From positions 1-53,806 of the forward strand of contig CAYQCW010000011.1 of NCBI GenBank assembly GCA_964416155.1: 53,806 nt of DNA, read 5' to 3'. A program made the position numbers and the translations under genes. The notes under the pieces are model-generated. The model worked only from the letters and a program-made list of their open reading frames with translations, was not told the origin of the DNA and did not search any database. Shown one piece after another: positions 28,289 through 37,385 of the stretch. How positions within the stretch are numbered: the stretch's first letter is position 1; every line of letters starts with the position of its first letter. The stretch is from an uncultured Nitrososphaerota archaeon (lineage in GTDB: Archaea; Thermoproteota; EX4484-205; JAAOZP01).

Positions 28289-29569
28289 CTATTTAGATAT
28301 CGAGCTTAACTCATCCACGTTCTCTCTAACCTTCTCGAACGCCGCTATAATGTCATCCATATCCTCCTTGGAGCCTAGTAGCACGTTCTGTGAGAGCCAT
28401 AAGCCCTCCTCGTAACAAGCCTTCTCCACAACAGGCAGTCTTAGCTTAGAGTAATCCATGGAACTACCGTAATACGGGCAGGACAGTGGACACTTTTTGA
28501 AATACTCGAGGTACGGCTCCCTATAGAGCGGCTTGGAATACCCTACGCTTACAGGTATTCCCTCAGCCTTCATCGCCTCGGCGAAACCAGCCTTGGATAC
28601 TCCTCCAAAAGCCTCTGGGTCATACCTGAATATGTATAGGTGCCAAGCATGCCTAGTAATCCTCTCGTCATCATTCAGAGGCTTTAAACCATCTATTTTA
28701 GAGAGCTTGCTGTTGAGATAGCCAGCGTTCTCCATGCGTCTCCTAGTATGCTCGTCGAGCCTCTCAAGCTGAACGAGCAGTAATGCAGCCTGAAACTCAG
28801 TCATACGGTAGTTGACCCCGGGAAGATAGTGCTCATACCATGCTCCCTGAGGGAGGCGGCCACAGTTATGCAGGCTCCAGGCCTTGACATATAGCTCCTG
28901 GTCGTTAGTCACTGTGATTCCTCCTTCCCCGCTGGTGATGTTCTTGCTCGACTGGAAGCTGAAGCATCCGAAGTCTCCGAAGTTCCCTGTTCTCCTCCCC
29001 CTCCACTCTGCACCCCAGGCTTGACACGCGTCTTCAACAACACGTAGATCATGCTTCTCCGCTATCCTCATGATCTCATCCATGTTCGCCGGTCTACCGC
29101 CTATGTGGACAGGCAGGATTGCCCTTGTTTTTTCAGTAATAGCCTCCTCTATCCTCCGGGGGTCGATGTTGAAAGTATCGGGCTCAATGTCAACGAAGAC
29201 CGGTATAGCGTTAACGTAAAGGATTGCGGTTGCTGTAGCCATGAAGGTGTAGGGGGTTGTTATAACCTCGCTCCCGCAGCCTATTTCACATGCCCTTAGA
29301 GATATTTCAAGCGCGGTTGTGCCGCTAGTAACAGCAACCCCATACTTCGCATGCTGATAGGCGGCGAATTTTTCCTCGAGCTGCTTAACATATTGACCTC
29401 CTATTCCCCACACACCGCTCTCCAAAACTTTTTTCAACGCTTCAAGCTCCGTGTTGTTAAAGACAGGCCATTTTGGAAACGGCCGATCTCTAATTGGTCT
29501 ACCTCCCTTTACGGCCAGTTGAACCATGTCTTCAACTCCATTCAAGCAGTATAAAAATATATCTCGCAT
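28289..29569 (-). CDS. DegT/DnrJ/EryC1/StrS PLP-dependent aminotransferase
   Basis: SGTTAL, YTFMATA, EDACQAWG, FSFQSSKNITSGEGG, NYRMTEFQAA; likely start ATG 29527. Confidence 0.93.
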   Translation of the reverse strand: MRDIFLYCLNGVEDMVQLAVKGGRPIRDRPFPKWPVFNNTELEALKKVLESGVWGIGGQYVKQLEEKFAAYQHAKYGVAVTSGTTALEISLRACEIGCGSEVITTPYTFMATATAILYVNAIPVFVDIEPDTFNIDPRRIEEAITEKTRAILPVHIGGRPANMDEIMRIAEKHDLRVVEDACQAWGAEWRGRRTGNFGDFGCFSFQSSKNITSGEGGITVTNDQELYVKAWSLHNCGRLPQGAWYEHYLPGVNYRMTEFQAALLLVQLERLDEHTRRRMENAGYLNSKLSKIDGLKPLNDDERITRHAWHLYIFRYDPEAFGGVSKAGFAEAMKAEGIPVSVGYSKPLYREPYLEYFKKCPLSCPYYGSSMDYSKLRLPVVEKACYEEGLWLSQNVLLGSKEDMDDIIAAFEKVRENVDELSSISK

Positions 29570-29623
29570 TCACATTTCAACGCTTAAATAAGAGAACTCG
29601 GTGCTGCTTCAATCTTAACAGGC

Positions 29624-29790
29624 ATGTCAGGAAAACAAGAGTGTACTGTGAGCAGGTATGTTTAAGATCCTTCTTAAGAGGGTTCTGATTCCGGGGTTCC
29701 GCCAAGAACACTTTTTCGAAAAGCTTCCTGAGGAAGGGTTTGCCCGGTTTGCGGAGCAAGCAGGTTCTTTTTAAACCGTTAGCCGAATAA
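29624..29790 (+). pseudogene. Rubredoxin pseudogene
   Basis: Manual translation: MSGKQECTVSRYV*DPS*EGSDSGVPPRTL/FEKLPEE/VCPVCGASR, matching the rubredoxin pattern CxxCGYxYDP..G..PGT.FE.LP.DW.CP.CG; two stops plus frameshifts. Confidence 0.75.
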
Positions 29791-29865
29791 TTTCTTGTAG
29801 AGAAAGCGTTTTCAGTTCCTTTTAAACTAATTAGGTGTTAAAGGCTTTCCGGTTTGACGCTTGGG

Positions 29866-32388
29866 CTAGACTCGTAAAACGTAGTTTAAGACGAATAGTG
29901 TAACGTTGTAGGTGGCGTGCAGCGCTATTGGACACCATAGCCTGTAGCCTCTTTTCCTGAAAATGTATCCGAGTATGATGCCGAGTAGGAAAGCGGGAAG
30001 AAATTGCCAAGGATTCAGATGGAAAGCTCCGAAAAGTATTGACGATAAAAGGATTCCTCCCCTTCTTCCCAGGCTTGACTCCAAGCCCCGCTGTATGAAT
30101 CCTCTGAATAAGATTTCCTCGCAAGGAGCTACGACGAGTATCGTGATCAGAGAAAGCGTAACTAGTTCTGTGAACGAGGAGGGCGAGAGCATTTGGAAGA
30201 GTTCTTCGAACCACGGTGGAACCGGTATTAGAGTCTCAACGATCACTCCCGCTGAAATACCTGTTAACACTGCTAAAGGAAGGATCAGCAGCGCTATCTT
30301 ATACTCCTGCAGGGCGCTCTGCGAGTCTAACCCGAGGAAGGCTAAACTTATCTTCCTGCCAACCATGTAGAGCAGCACGGGAATTATCATCGCAACCTCC
30401 CCCACGGTGAGCAATAATAAATTATTAATGCTCATGCCTTTGGAAATAAAGAATGCTAGAAAGGGTAATTCTAAGATGGCAGGGAGAAACATTGCCAGAA
30501 CCAGCATTAGGAAGGACTGTGATGCACTCCAGGGCACGTTGCTGGGAGCCTCGTATAAGGCCTTCTCACCACCCCGGTTTAATGCCTTCCTCTGAAGAAG
30601 TATTGATGCTGTAAGCACTAAGCTTGTTAAAACTGTTAAGGGCGGGCCATATACCCATCTTTCCCAGTCAGAATGGCCTAGTGAAACTGCTTCAGGTTTT
30701 CCGAGAAAGAGCCCAATGAGGCTTACAACAAGAAGTATTGATGAAACCAATGTTGAAAAGTTCAGCATGTAATTCCTATACTCTACACGGTATTGTGTTT
30801 CAAGTTTTGGAGGCGGTGGCAGGGAAGCTTTCTCAACAGGAGCCTGGCCGAAGAACGTTCCCGACTTCGCGAGCGTGTACCTAGACAATAGGAAGGCGAC
30901 TAGGCTTGTGTAGGAGACTAGTGTGAGGATTATCGTGGGCGGAGGTGTGTCTGCAATGCTGATTGTGGTTCTTGCAATTATCGCGGGCATCGAGAGGAAT
31001 ACTGCTCCGAACAACGGTATGAAAACGTATAGTAGTGCGCTGAGGGAAAGCGCGTTAGAGGGCTTGCTCAAAACTAGTGCTGTAGCTACTGAAAGTATGG
31101 ATGAGAAGAGCGTTACAGACAATAGGAGCAGGAAATCCAGCACTAGGAAAGGTGTCCCAGCTAAAAGAATGCTGAAAATACAGTAGAAAACAAGGGCGAA
31201 GCTAAAGGTCGCTATAAAGTATGCCACGATCATACCTTTCACGTATCTCCGGAACCCTTTTTCCGAGACCGCCACCGTCCAAAGTGTTTCACGCTCTATT
31301 ATTCCCCAGTTTATTGAGAAGATCGCTGGGATTAGAGGTGTGTAGAGTATGCTGAAGGTTAAGGCTGCTAACGCGAAGAATCTAAACGGTCTAACTAGAA
31401 TCGGGAAACTCAAATTGGATATTGTAGCAATTGCGAAAAGCATAATGGCCGTGAAAAGACTGCCGTCCCTCAATATTCTCAGGAGATTCAGCTTAATTAC
31501 CAGAGCCATTGGTTTCTCGCTCATTTTAGGCGAAAGCATCTGTGTAAACAGCCTTGGCACCCATCTCAGTATTCTCCGGTTGCTTGAAGGCATCTCCATT
31601 AACGCCGTAGTTAGCAGGGGAGTAACGTTAGGAAGGAAATTGATTCTCATCACAGCAAAGTAGGCGCCAGCAATCAAAGTCATGTAGGCCAACCCTATGA
31701 TGGGTTCCAAGCTTCCTATAGAGCCTAAGGAGAATTTAGCAAGCAGTGTTGAAGGATAAGGCAGGTCAGAGTAATTCACCCCGATTCCCATGACCATGCT
31801 TACTAAGGGCATGAAGAGTATCAGAAGGATAGTCCATCCCACAGCCTCCACTTCAATGTCTTTCATGATAGTCTTCAGAATACCCAGTGTCTGGGCTATT
31901 GCAGAAGAGGCTAAAAGCATGGTTTCGTAGGATAGGAAGACAGCGGGTAGAACGTTTAAGCGAGGATGGAGCATTACAGCCATGAAGGAAACCAGCGACG
32001 GTGTGACGGCGAAGTTTAGGAAGAAGAATTGGAAAAGCAGATCCGCCACAAGGTATGTCGACTGCTTTATTGGGGATGTTAAGACGAAATCTATTTCTGG
32101 TTCAAGCGCCGTTATCCCGCCTTTAAGTCCCAAGAAGATACCCACAGCCATCACGCTTGAAAAAGTTATTGAAACTATGTTGACAAGCTCCTTCTCACTC
32201 ATCTCGGAGAAACCGTAGAACCCTCTTATGAAAAACCCGCTGAAAAGGGATGAGAACACTATGACGAAGTAAAACATGATTGTGGAAAGCTTTACTGAAA
32301 AGCTTCTCCTCAACGGCCCATAATACTGGAGAAGCTTGAAAAAGAATATTTGCAGGAGCCTAGAGCCTTCCACCTTCCGTTCCCCCAA
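29866..32388 (-). CDS. ABC exporter permease fused to a C-terminal CPBP (type II CAAX/Abi) intramembrane protease
   Basis: Polytopic N-terminal ~510 aa (EIDFVLTSP), PPPP linker, then EEILFRG / FGAFH / HATYN; overlaps the upstream ABC ATPase. Confidence 0.8.
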   Translation of the reverse strand: MGERKVEGSRLLQIFFFKLLQYYGPLRRSFSVKLSTIMFYFVIVFSSLFSGFFIRGFYGFSEMSEKELVNIVSITFSSVMAVGIFLGLKGGITALEPEIDFVLTSPIKQSTYLVADLLFQFFFLNFAVTPSLVSFMAVMLHPRLNVLPAVFLSYETMLLASSAIAQTLGILKTIMKDIEVEAVGWTILLILFMPLVSMVMGIGVNYSDLPYPSTLLAKFSLGSIGSLEPIIGLAYMTLIAGAYFAVMRINFLPNVTPLLTTALMEMPSSNRRILRWVPRLFTQMLSPKMSEKPMALVIKLNLLRILRDGSLFTAIMLFAIATISNLSFPILVRPFRFFALAALTFSILYTPLIPAIFSINWGIIERETLWTVAVSEKGFRRYVKGMIVAYFIATFSFALVFYCIFSILLAGTPFLVLDFLLLLSVTLFSSILSVATALVLSKPSNALSLSALLYVFIPLFGAVFLSMPAIIARTTISIADTPPPTIILTLVSYTSLVAFLLSRYTLAKSGTFFGQAPVEKASLPPPPKLETQYRVEYRNYMLNFSTLVSSILLVVSLIGLFLGKPEAVSLGHSDWERWVYGPPLTVLTSLVLTASILLQRKALNRGGEKALYEAPSNVPWSASQSFLMLVLAMFLPAILELPFLAFFISKGMSINNLLLLTVGEVAMIIPVLLYMVGRKISLAFLGLDSQSALQEYKIALLILPLAVLTGISAGVIVETLIPVPPWFEELFQMLSPSSFTELVTLSLITILVVAPCEEILFRGFIQRGLESSLGRRGGILLSSILFGAFHLNPWQFLPAFLLGIILGYIFRKRGYRLWCPIALHATYNVTLFVLNYVLRV

Positions 32389-33151
32389 CTATTCTGAAGA
32401 AGGCTTCCTCCAACGTGCCTGAGGATTCCAGCCCCACGATTTTCTTAAGCCCCTCTATAGAGCCTTCTGCTACGCTTCTCCCCCTGCTTATTATTGTGGC
32501 GCTGGTGCAGAATCTTTCAGCCATGTCAAGCATGTGCGTGCACACGAGTGCAGCTCCGCCGTCGCTAACAATATCTTTAACAAGGTTTTTCACTAAGCGC
32601 TGGCCCTCGGGATCAAGGCCGATGAAAGGCTCATCCATTATTATGAGCTTAGGCTCATGAATGAATACTGTTGCTAACGCGAGCCTCTGCTTCAAGCCTT
32701 TGGAAAGCTCAAGGATAAACCTGTTTTCACAATCGTTAAGCCCAAACATGCTTAGAAACTCCCGAACCCTCCTTCTAGTCTCCTCGCCGGGTTCAATACC
32801 CCTGATCCTCGCAATATATCCTAGGAACTCCTTAGGAGTAAGGTAGTCTGGGAGAGACGGGATTTCAGGCAGGTATCCAATAAGCCTCTTGAAACCCTCG
32901 TCGATTTTAACATCTCTGCCGATGACCATTATCCTCCCCCTGTCAGGCTTGAGAAGGCCGACTACGCATTTCACGGTGGTTGTCTTACCGGCGCCGTTGG
33001 GACCTATTAAGCCATGAATACTCCCAGAGTTAATCTTCATAAATAAGCCCGCTACGCCTACTGTTTCTCCATAGCTCTTCCAGAGATCCTTAACATCCAG
33101 TAGGACCTCGTTTCCTACGCATTCATCGTACAACTGGAACAAGACTTTCAA
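32360..33151 (-). CDS. ABC transporter ATP-binding protein (ABC-2/drug-export type)
   Basis: GPNGAGKTT, LSKGLKQR, IIMDEPF.GLDP, TH.L. Confidence 0.93.
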   Translation of the reverse strand: MKVLFQLYDECVGNEVLLDVKDLWKSYGETVGVAGLFMKINSGSIHGLIGPNGAGKTTTVKCVVGLLKPDRGRIMVIGRDVKIDEGFKRLIGYLPEIPSLPDYLTPKEFLGYIARIRGIEPGEETRRRVREFLSMFGLNDCENRFILELSKGLKQRLALATVFIHEPKLIIMDEPFIGLDPEGQRLVKNLVKDIVSDGGAALVCTHMLDMAERFCTSATIISRGRSVAEGSIEGLKKIVGLESSGTLEEAFFRIVGGTEGGRL

Positions 33152-33211
33152 GTTTTGAGATAAGCGAAGAATTTTTAAGTTTTCCCCAATCCGGGGAAAG
33201 ACATTCGGAAA

Positions 33212-34363
33212 ATGGAGCTTAGAAGACTACAAGTGCTGATCTACATGGGGTGGACCCATTCTTTAAACCACGGTTTATTCACAGCAATAACGCCTTTAAT
33301 ACCGATTATTGTTTCAGAAGGATACGACTATCTTAGCATAGGCCTACTCTTATCCGTCTACCTTCTTCTGTACAGCTTCGGTGCACTACTCTCAGGACCC
33401 ATATTAAGATACATAGAAGACAGGAAAATCCTGTTCACATCCCTTATGCTCCAGGGTTTGTCAACACTATTCCTGCTCATGCCTGGTTTAACAGGCCTAG
33501 GCCTCTTCATACTCTTCTCAGGAGTGTTCGCCAGCCTTTACCATCCTGTTTCGAACGTTTTCATATTTAACAGATTCGGGAAAAACGTTAATTTCGCCAT
33601 GGGGCTGCATGGCACGGGCGGGAATCTAGCTCAATTCGTATTCCCATTGTTTTCTTTCCTTACGGCGGTGAGCCTCGGCTGGAGGATGGCGCTTATCTCA
33701 ACCGGTTTCATGGTTTTCCTCTCGTCAATCCCGTATCTTGCAACACCCCGCGTTGAGAAAAGCGGTTTGGAGGCGGGGGGAGCCCTACGCGGATTCGTCG
33801 AGGTTTTTTCACAGAAGTCACTCCTGCTTTTAATATGCTTCTCACTCCTCTTCGGCCTCTATTATAGGGGGATAGAAGTGTTTCTGCCAACCTACTTGAA
33901 TTCGGAGAAGGGGTTTAGCGGAGAAGCAGGCAGCACGGCTCTATCAATATTGCTGCTTGCAGGTGCACTCGGCCAGTACTTAGGGGGAGTAGTGGGAGAC
34001 AGGTTGAACGAGGAGGCGGTCCTCCTCTTAGCATCAGCATTAGAATTAGGTTCACTCATACTGCTTCAAACAGCTTCCAGCCCCATCCTAGTTATGCTTT
34101 CCACCGCTCTGCTTGGGTTAGCTTTCTACTCTCACCAGCCTGCTGCAAACTCCCTTTTAGGGAAAAAGAGTGCAGAGGAATTAAGGACGTACAGCTACAG
34201 CATCTGGTTCTTCCTAGGCTTCATATCCTCGTCACCATCCACTCTAGCCGTCAGCCTTATTGGTCAAAAATTCGGCTTTGCGGCCGCAATACTTGTATTA
34301 AACATAATCGCTCTCATACCTCTGACATTGGCCATTCACATTTACCGTAAACTCAAAGGTTGA
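33212..34363 (+). CDS. MFS transporter (Fsr-like)
   Basis: H.LNH, SLYHP, AMGLHGTGGNL, GQYLGG.VGDR. Confidence 0.85.
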   Translation: MELRRLQVLIYMGWTHSLNHGLFTAITPLIPIIVSEGYDYLSIGLLLSVYLLLYSFGALLSGPILRYIEDRKILFTSLMLQGLSTLFLLMPGLTGLGLFILFSGVFASLYHPVSNVFIFNRFGKNVNFAMGLHGTGGNLAQFVFPLFSFLTAVSLGWRMALISTGFMVFLSSIPYLATPRVEKSGLEAGGALRGFVEVFSQKSLLLLICFSLLFGLYYRGIEVFLPTYLNSEKGFSGEAGSTALSILLLAGALGQYLGGVVGDRLNEEAVLLLASALELGSLILLQTASSPILVMLSTALLGLAFYSHQPAANSLLGKKSAEELRTYSYSIWFFLGFISSSPSTLAVSLIGQKFGFAAAILVLNIIALIPLTLAIHIYRKLKG

Positions 34364-34368
34364 AGGAA

Positions 34369-34494
34369 GCGCACGCCGTTCAACTCATAATCGGGCTCAT
34401 ATGCGGCGGCGTAATCCTCGCGATCCTACTGTAGCTGACGCAGTAGAAGCTTGCTGAAATAGCAAGACCACCCCCGCCTCCTCCATCGGCATAG
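34369..34494 (+). pseudogene. Relic C-terminus of a membrane protein (TM + polyproline tail)
   Basis: Single frame reads AHAVQLIIGLICGGVILAILL*LTQ*KLAEIARPPPPPPSA*. Confidence 0.5.
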
Positions 34495-34543
34495 GAAAAT
34501 TTTCAAACCTTTTTATACCCTATTTTTCTGAATTTCAGGCCGA

Positions 34544-35833
34544 TTACCCGATGAAGTAGGGCAGAACTATCAACCCTATGATAAGGCCTAATATGGTGAG
34601 GCTCGTAATATAAACCATTTTATCAATAGTTTTAATATTCACACTTCCACTAAGCTTTTTCCTGCAGAACAGTTTGAAGACCACGCCACCGTCCATTGGA
34701 TAGACAGGGAGCGCGTTAAATATCCCTAGGTTCAAGTTTATGAACCATACCCAGAAGAAAAAATTCACAGGGTAATGATAATCCTCGCCTAGAATAGTTG
34801 AAACATAATATTTTTGAAGAAGGTTTGAAAAGGGGATTGCCTCGTAAACCCAGGGGAATGGAACAGTAGGAATCATAAGATATGTTGCAAAGCCTTCGAG
34901 AGGCGAGCGTGCTAAAGCCAGAGAATAGTTTTCAAGAACATCTTTAATCGGAACCACGCGTATTCCGCTGGAACTAAGGTTCTTTCCCAGCGTGAAAGTG
35001 TAGTTTGAAAAACCGTTACGCGAAACCCTGAATGTTATGTTCCCACCCTGCTTGTAAAGGTTCCTGACAGCTTCGGCAAAACTATTCCAGTCAGGCGTCG
35101 GCTCACCGTTCACACCTATTATTATGTCGCCAAGCCTCATTCCTTTTTGGTAAGCAGTCCCGTTGATAGAGAGCCCAACCACCAGTATCCCGTCAACCAC
35201 CGGCTTCAAAGTAAGCATTAGAAGTATGAAGACGGCTAGCGCGGCTAAAGCGGCAATGACGTTGGAAACAGGACCTGAGGATAAGACTCGCCCTGCTTTC
35301 TCAAGCTCAGCCTCCTCAAGCTGCTTCTCGTCAACCTCGGCGAAAGCACCCACAGGTATTATTAGGAACAGCACTAAACCAGTAGACTTAACATTCATGC
35401 CGTTAGCCCTCGCCTGAGCTCCGTGCGCACACTCGTGTACTACCATGGCTATGAGCAGCGCCGCCCAGCCGTAGAAAACAGGCAGGTAAGGGTTTACGCC
35501 TGGCAGAAGTATGTTCGTCGCAGGCCCAAGCTCTTTTAAAACTCTGCTGACGCTAGGGTTGCTCAGCATATTGTTCACCGCGTTAAGCAGCAAATACACC
35601 ATCACCACTCCTAGGAACGGCATCACTACTAAGGAAATAAGCCCTATTTTCTTGGAGAACCCTGTTCCCCCAAGCCTATCCATAAGTGTCAATCCGATTC
35701 TCGTCTTAACTAGGATGAATGGGAACTGTATTTCCACCATGTTCGGCAGGCGTAAGCGCATCTTACAATGTTTCGTCCGGAGGCTCTTTTTAAACATAGC
35801 TTGTTCAAGACTGTTTAAAACAGCGGTGCTCAA
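34544..35833 (-). CDS. Site-2 protease (M50) with PDZ domain
   Basis: HECAHG, GAFAE, GPVSN, PDZ (GMRLGDIIIGVNG), NALPVYPMDGG; start possibly downstream (MVEIQFP). Confidence 0.9.
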   Translation of the reverse strand: MSTAVLNSLEQAMFKKSLRTKHCKMRLRLPNMVEIQFPFILVKTRIGLTLMDRLGGTGFSKKIGLISLVVMPFLGVVMVYLLLNAVNNMLSNPSVSRVLKELGPATNILLPGVNPYLPVFYGWAALLIAMVVHECAHGAQARANGMNVKSTGLVLFLIIPVGAFAEVDEKQLEEAELEKAGRVLSSGPVSNVIAALAALAVFILLMLTLKPVVDGILVVGLSINGTAYQKGMRLGDIIIGVNGEPTPDWNSFAEAVRNLYKQGGNITFRVSRNGFSNYTFTLGKNLSSSGIRVVPIKDVLENYSLALARSPLEGFATYLMIPTVPFPWVYEAIPFSNLLQKYYVSTILGEDYHYPVNFFFWVWFINLNLGIFNALPVYPMDGGVVFKLFCRKKLSGSVNIKTIDKMVYITSLTILGLIIGLIVLPYFIG

Positions 35834-35870
35834 GCCATACGCGTGTGAATGCTGCTCGATGAGCCTTTCA

Positions 35871-36446
35871 CTACTGTTTAAAACCGTCGAAAGAAACTAT
35901 TTCGCTTAAAGGCTTCCTAGCCCCGGGTTCCCTGAACTCTTCGCCAGCAGGATATCCTAGAGGAGTTATAGCTACCACGTTATACTCCTGAGGTATTCCG
36001 AGAACCTCCTTAACCTTCCCGTTGTCGAAGGAGCCTATCCAGCATGTTCCAAGACCCTCAGCCCTGGCCGCAAGAATGAGGTGTGTGAAAGCTATTGAAA
36101 CGTCTACAAGCATGCTCATAGAACCCATGTAGCCTCCCCTGTTCCACCCTATGTCGCGCCCGCATACGACAATAACCACCGGGGCCTCAGCTATGAAACC
36201 CTGGTTGCCACATGCGGGTACAAGCCTTCTCTTCAAATCCTCATTCTTAACCACTATGAACCTCCAAGGCTGACGGTTTGAACCTGAGGGAGCTATTCTC
36301 GCAGCATCCAGAACACGAGTTAACACGTCGTCCGGTATAGGATCCGGTTTGAAAGACCTTATACTTCTCCTAGTCCTCACCACCTCGTAGAAATCCATCT
36401 TGTTCACCGTTTTCGTCTTGCAAAAGACGAATAAAAGCTTTAGCAT
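35871..36446 (-). CDS. Nitroreductase family protein
   Basis: RRSIRSF, APSGSNRQPWRF, GLGTCWIG, LGYP; likely start MDFYE. Confidence 0.92.
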   Translation of the reverse strand: MLKLLFVFCKTKTVNKMDFYEVVRTRRSIRSFKPDPIPDDVLTRVLDAARIAPSGSNRQPWRFIVVKNEDLKRRLVPACGNQGFIAEAPVVIVVCGRDIGWNRGGYMGSMSMLVDVSIAFTHLILAARAEGLGTCWIGSFDNGKVKEVLGIPQEYNVVAITPLGYPAGEEFREPGARKPLSEIVSFDGFKQ

Positions 36447-36526
36447 GGTAAATCGTGACGGTGATTCTTTAAATTATGGAAAATTTATACAGTGGATAAT
36501 GCGACAATCGGTTTCTGGGAAACGTC

Positions 36527-37228
36527 TTGAGCCATACAGGTAAAAGCGTCAGGATGTCTAGGTTTCTCAAAGAGGACGGGAGGACGCTGATAGTGCCTAT
36601 GGAGATGATTGTTGAAAAACCCTGGAATGAAATTCTCAGCGAAATAATTAATGCGGGAGCAGACGCTATACTCGTCATATACGATATTCTTCGGCAATAC
36701 TACCTTGATATTGCCGGCAAGATGCCCCTCATACTTGCCACACCTGTTGACTGTCCGGTGTATGTTGAGATCGCAAGTAGGGTTGGCGCCGAGGGGGTTA
36801 AAGTACACTATTTCGGGAAGCTCAGAGAGCTACCGGCGACTCGGGTTTAGCTGATGGCTAATGAATACGACAAGAGGGGCCTGTCATTTCTCTTCGAGCC
36901 TGTTCCAATAGGGAAAACGAGATAGACCTAGGCACGGAGGTCTTGAAGCTTGCAGTAAGACAAGCCGTATCTCTTGGAGCATACATTGTAAAGATCTACG
37001 CGGAACCTGAAGCCTTCAAGGAAGTTATAAAGTCGTGCCCAGTCCCAGTGGTTATGGCAGGCGGCCCAATAACTACGGATCAAGAGTGCTATTGACAATG
37101 GTGCTTCGGGCACAGCCTTTGGAAGGAAAATCACTCAACACAAGACGCCGGGCAAGATGCGCAGAGCAATAGCAAGAATCATACATGAAAACTGTACGGT
37201 TTAGGAGGCAACAAGGGAACTAGAGTAG
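36527..37228 (+). pseudogene. Class I (DhnA/LsrF-like) aldolase pseudogene
   Basis: GK..RM.RF..DGRTLIVPM, then TAG at 36848-36850, then LAVRQAVSLGAYIVK, CPVPVVMAGGP, GASGTAFGRKI.QH..P..M.RA...IIHE; further stops and frameshifts. Confidence 0.8.
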
Positions 37229-37385
37229 ACTCCAGTTTTAAACGTTTGCAACGAGAAAAGAAGCTTGATTGGAGATGCTTGTTCAACAATATCAATCCCA
37301 TCTACCCGTTTAGCCTTTGCGACGAGGACAACTCAAGGTTTTAAACAGTATGATAAAGAAGGATGGTAAATGGAGCGTCTATTCT

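Noticed and set aside
25671-37228. Several in-frame TAG codons in broken genes (EamA, 34.4-kb relic, aldolase) suggesting amber recoding/pyrrolysine
   Set aside because: The same relics also carry frameshifts or deletions, other relics have TAA/TGA stops, many intact genes end in TAG, and no pyl genes are in the window.
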